Virus record (IMG/VR): IMGVR_UViG_3300045988_068227
Coordinates: 1-15,098 of that record
DNA from: a virus
Length of the DNA stretch: 15,098 bases
Strand: one strand, 5' to 3'
In this document: piece after piece, positions 14,209 through 15,098 of the stretch
Numbering within the stretch: position 1 is the first letter of the stretch
Layout of the letters: every line of letters begins with the position of its first letter
The notes under the pieces: generated by a model
Databases searched by the model: none
The model's input: the letters and a program-made list of their open reading frames with translations, nothing else
What the model was told of the DNA's origin: nothing
Made by a program: the position numbers and the translations under genes

Positions 14209-14916
14209 ATGAGTTCAACAAACAAAACAACCTATTACGAATTAAGCCAGTATATCGGTACTGACAAGCCGACATATTTAGGTGATTACAATTCTGACAT
14301 GAGTAAAATTGATGCAGGAATTCACGGGGCAGACGATAAAGCCACCACAGCTTCACAAAATGCAGGAAGCGCCATCGCTAGAGTTGGCGAAGTTGAAAAA
14401 ACTCTGCAATCACATACAAGCGCTATTACAACGTTGCAGACAGATGTTACTGGTTTAAAAGAGAGTGTAAAAACAGCACAGAACACAGCCACCACAGCAG
14501 ATGGAAAAGCGGACAGTGCACAGCAGACAGCCAACAGTGCACTTTTAACCGCTAATAATGCCAGCGCTAAAGCCGATAATGTGAATAAAGATGTAACACT
14601 GTGGACAGGTAGTGTTAAAAACTCAAGTGTTGCACTTAGTGACAGCTTGACGAATTACAGATTTTTATATATTGAAACAAACGCAGGAATTAGCCCTTTG
14701 TTTGCTTATAGAAATGACAAGAAAAAATATGTAGGTTGTCAACAGGTTTTAAAAGATGGGGCGACAAACACTGTGTCAACAATATCAGTCAAACTAGATA
14801 TAGTTGATGATACGCACATCACGGTTAGCACTAATGTTATTGACCACGCATTTAGTAGTACGCACCCAGCACTTGATGCTGTGTACACATTAGGCATTTA
14901 TGGCATCCCGAGATAA
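14209..14916 (+). CDS. Receptor-binding / tail fibre protein
   Basis: The N-terminus (TYYELSQYIGTDKPTYLGDYNSDMSKIDAG) is the common phage fibre N-terminal motif. An A/T/Q-rich coiled-coil stalk is followed by a C-terminal globular domain of about 100 aa beginning VTLWTGS. Confidence 0.65.
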   Translation: MSSTNKTTYYELSQYIGTDKPTYLGDYNSDMSKIDAGIHGADDKATTASQNAGSAIARVGEVEKTLQSHTSAITTLQTDVTGLKESVKTAQNTATTADGKADSAQQTANSALLTANNASAKADNVNKDVTLWTGSVKNSSVALSDSLTNYRFLYIETNAGISPLFAYRNDKKKYVGCQQVLKDGATNTVSTISVKLDIVDDTHITVSTNVIDHAFSSTHPALDAVYTLGIYGIPR

Positions 14917-14927
14917 ACTGAGTATGA

Positions 14928-15001
14928 AAACTAAAATAACCTCACCAATTTGGTGAGGTTATTTTTTATTACTCCTTATTTTATGTGGTTTCCTTGTTTC
15001 T
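14928..15001 (-). ncRNA. Predicted short orphan transcript from the right-ITR promoter
   Basis: An intact promoter on the minus strand (15036 down to 15008) faces the bidirectional terminator about 40-70 nt away. The interval keeps an AAGGAG (plus-strand CTCCTT at 14972-14977), but no start codon follows. Existence is inferred only. Confidence 0.35.
14933..14968. terminator. Bidirectional rho-independent terminator
   Basis: AAAATAACCTCACC (14933-14946) pairs with GGTGAGGTTATTTT (14952-14965) around a 5-nt loop. T-runs follow on both strands. Confidence 0.85.
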
Positions 15002-15098
15002 ATAATTATAATACCACACGACCGATTATTTGTCAAGTATTTTTTCGTGGTTTTTTAACCAAATGGGGGTCGTGTTCTCATTGGGAATAACGAAAGCC
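14972..15098. repeat. Right inverted terminal repeat
   Basis: 15025-15098 is the exact reverse complement of 1-74. The imperfect continuation runs to about 14972. Confidence 0.9.
15008..15036 (-). promoter_or_regulatory. Promoter inside the right ITR (mirror of the left early promoter)
   Basis: On the minus strand: TTGACA (15036-15031), a 17-bp spacer ending in TGg, and TATTAT (15013-15008). Confidence 0.65.

Noticed and set aside
311-14534. All minus-strand ORFs in the six-frame track (60-123 aa), for example 311-523, 906-1205, 4333-4704 and 6133-6411
   Set aside because: - Each lies antisense inside a well-supported + strand gene.
- None has a convincing SD, and their sequences are hydrophobic, low-complexity and S/F/L/I-rich, as expected from reading AT-rich coding DNA backwards.
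- Apart from the right ITR, which is blocked by a terminator, no promoter faces them.
14972-14977. A possible lost or hidden gene after the SD-like AAGGAG on the minus strand of the right ITR
   Set aside because: No ATG, GTG or TTG lies within a usable distance. The nearest TTG opens a 5-codon frame inside the terminator hairpin.
1-15098. CRISPR array, tRNA/tmRNA, integrase or lysogeny module, toxin-antitoxin or other defence/anti-defence system
   Set aside because: - There are no spaced direct-repeat arrays and no cloverleaf-like segments in the few intergenic gaps.
- I saw no recombinase or repressor motifs.
- The AbrB/MazE-fold ORF has no adjacent toxin-like partner; the next gene is the putative TP.
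- The orphan early ORFs (138-744) might have anti-host functions, but nothing in their sequences supports a specific claim.

Overview
The window appears to be a complete linear genome (15,098 bp) of a very small phi29-like, protein-primed podophage of a low-GC Gram-positive host. The host inference rests on strong AAGGAGG Shine-Dalgarno sites and sigmaA-type promoters. The window begins and ends with an inverted terminal repeat: 74 bp perfect, about 128 bp including an imperfect part. All 19 supported genes are on the + strand. The early/replication module (138-4774) holds two orphan proteins, a membrane protein, an AbrB/SpoVT-type DNA binder, a putative terminal protein, a family-B DNA polymerase, and p6-like and p5/SSB-like proteins. 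It is followed by a gp16-like packaging ATPase (4885-5931), a 250-bp non-coding island, a lysis cassette (holin, GH25 endolysin, tail-associated peptidoglycan hydrolase), and a phi29-type structural block (scaffold, capsid, tail knob, portal, lower collar, two fibre proteins). I saw no integrase, tRNA, CRISPR array or recognisable defence system. Four observations stand out. (1) A strongly promoted, ORF-free, highly structured RNA lies next to the ATPase gene, and its hand-derived fold mimics the phi29 packaging RNA (pRNA). (2) An 18-bp perfect palindrome, ATGTTTCACGTGAAACAT, occurs five times, plus two degenerate copies, at gene and promoter junctions. (3) An AbrB-like protein sits at the syntenic position of the phi29 regulator p4. 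(4) Identical promoters are embedded in both ITRs, and the right-hand one appears to make only a short orphan RNA. Homology calls come from motif recognition by eye and remembered phi29 sequences; none was verified by a search.
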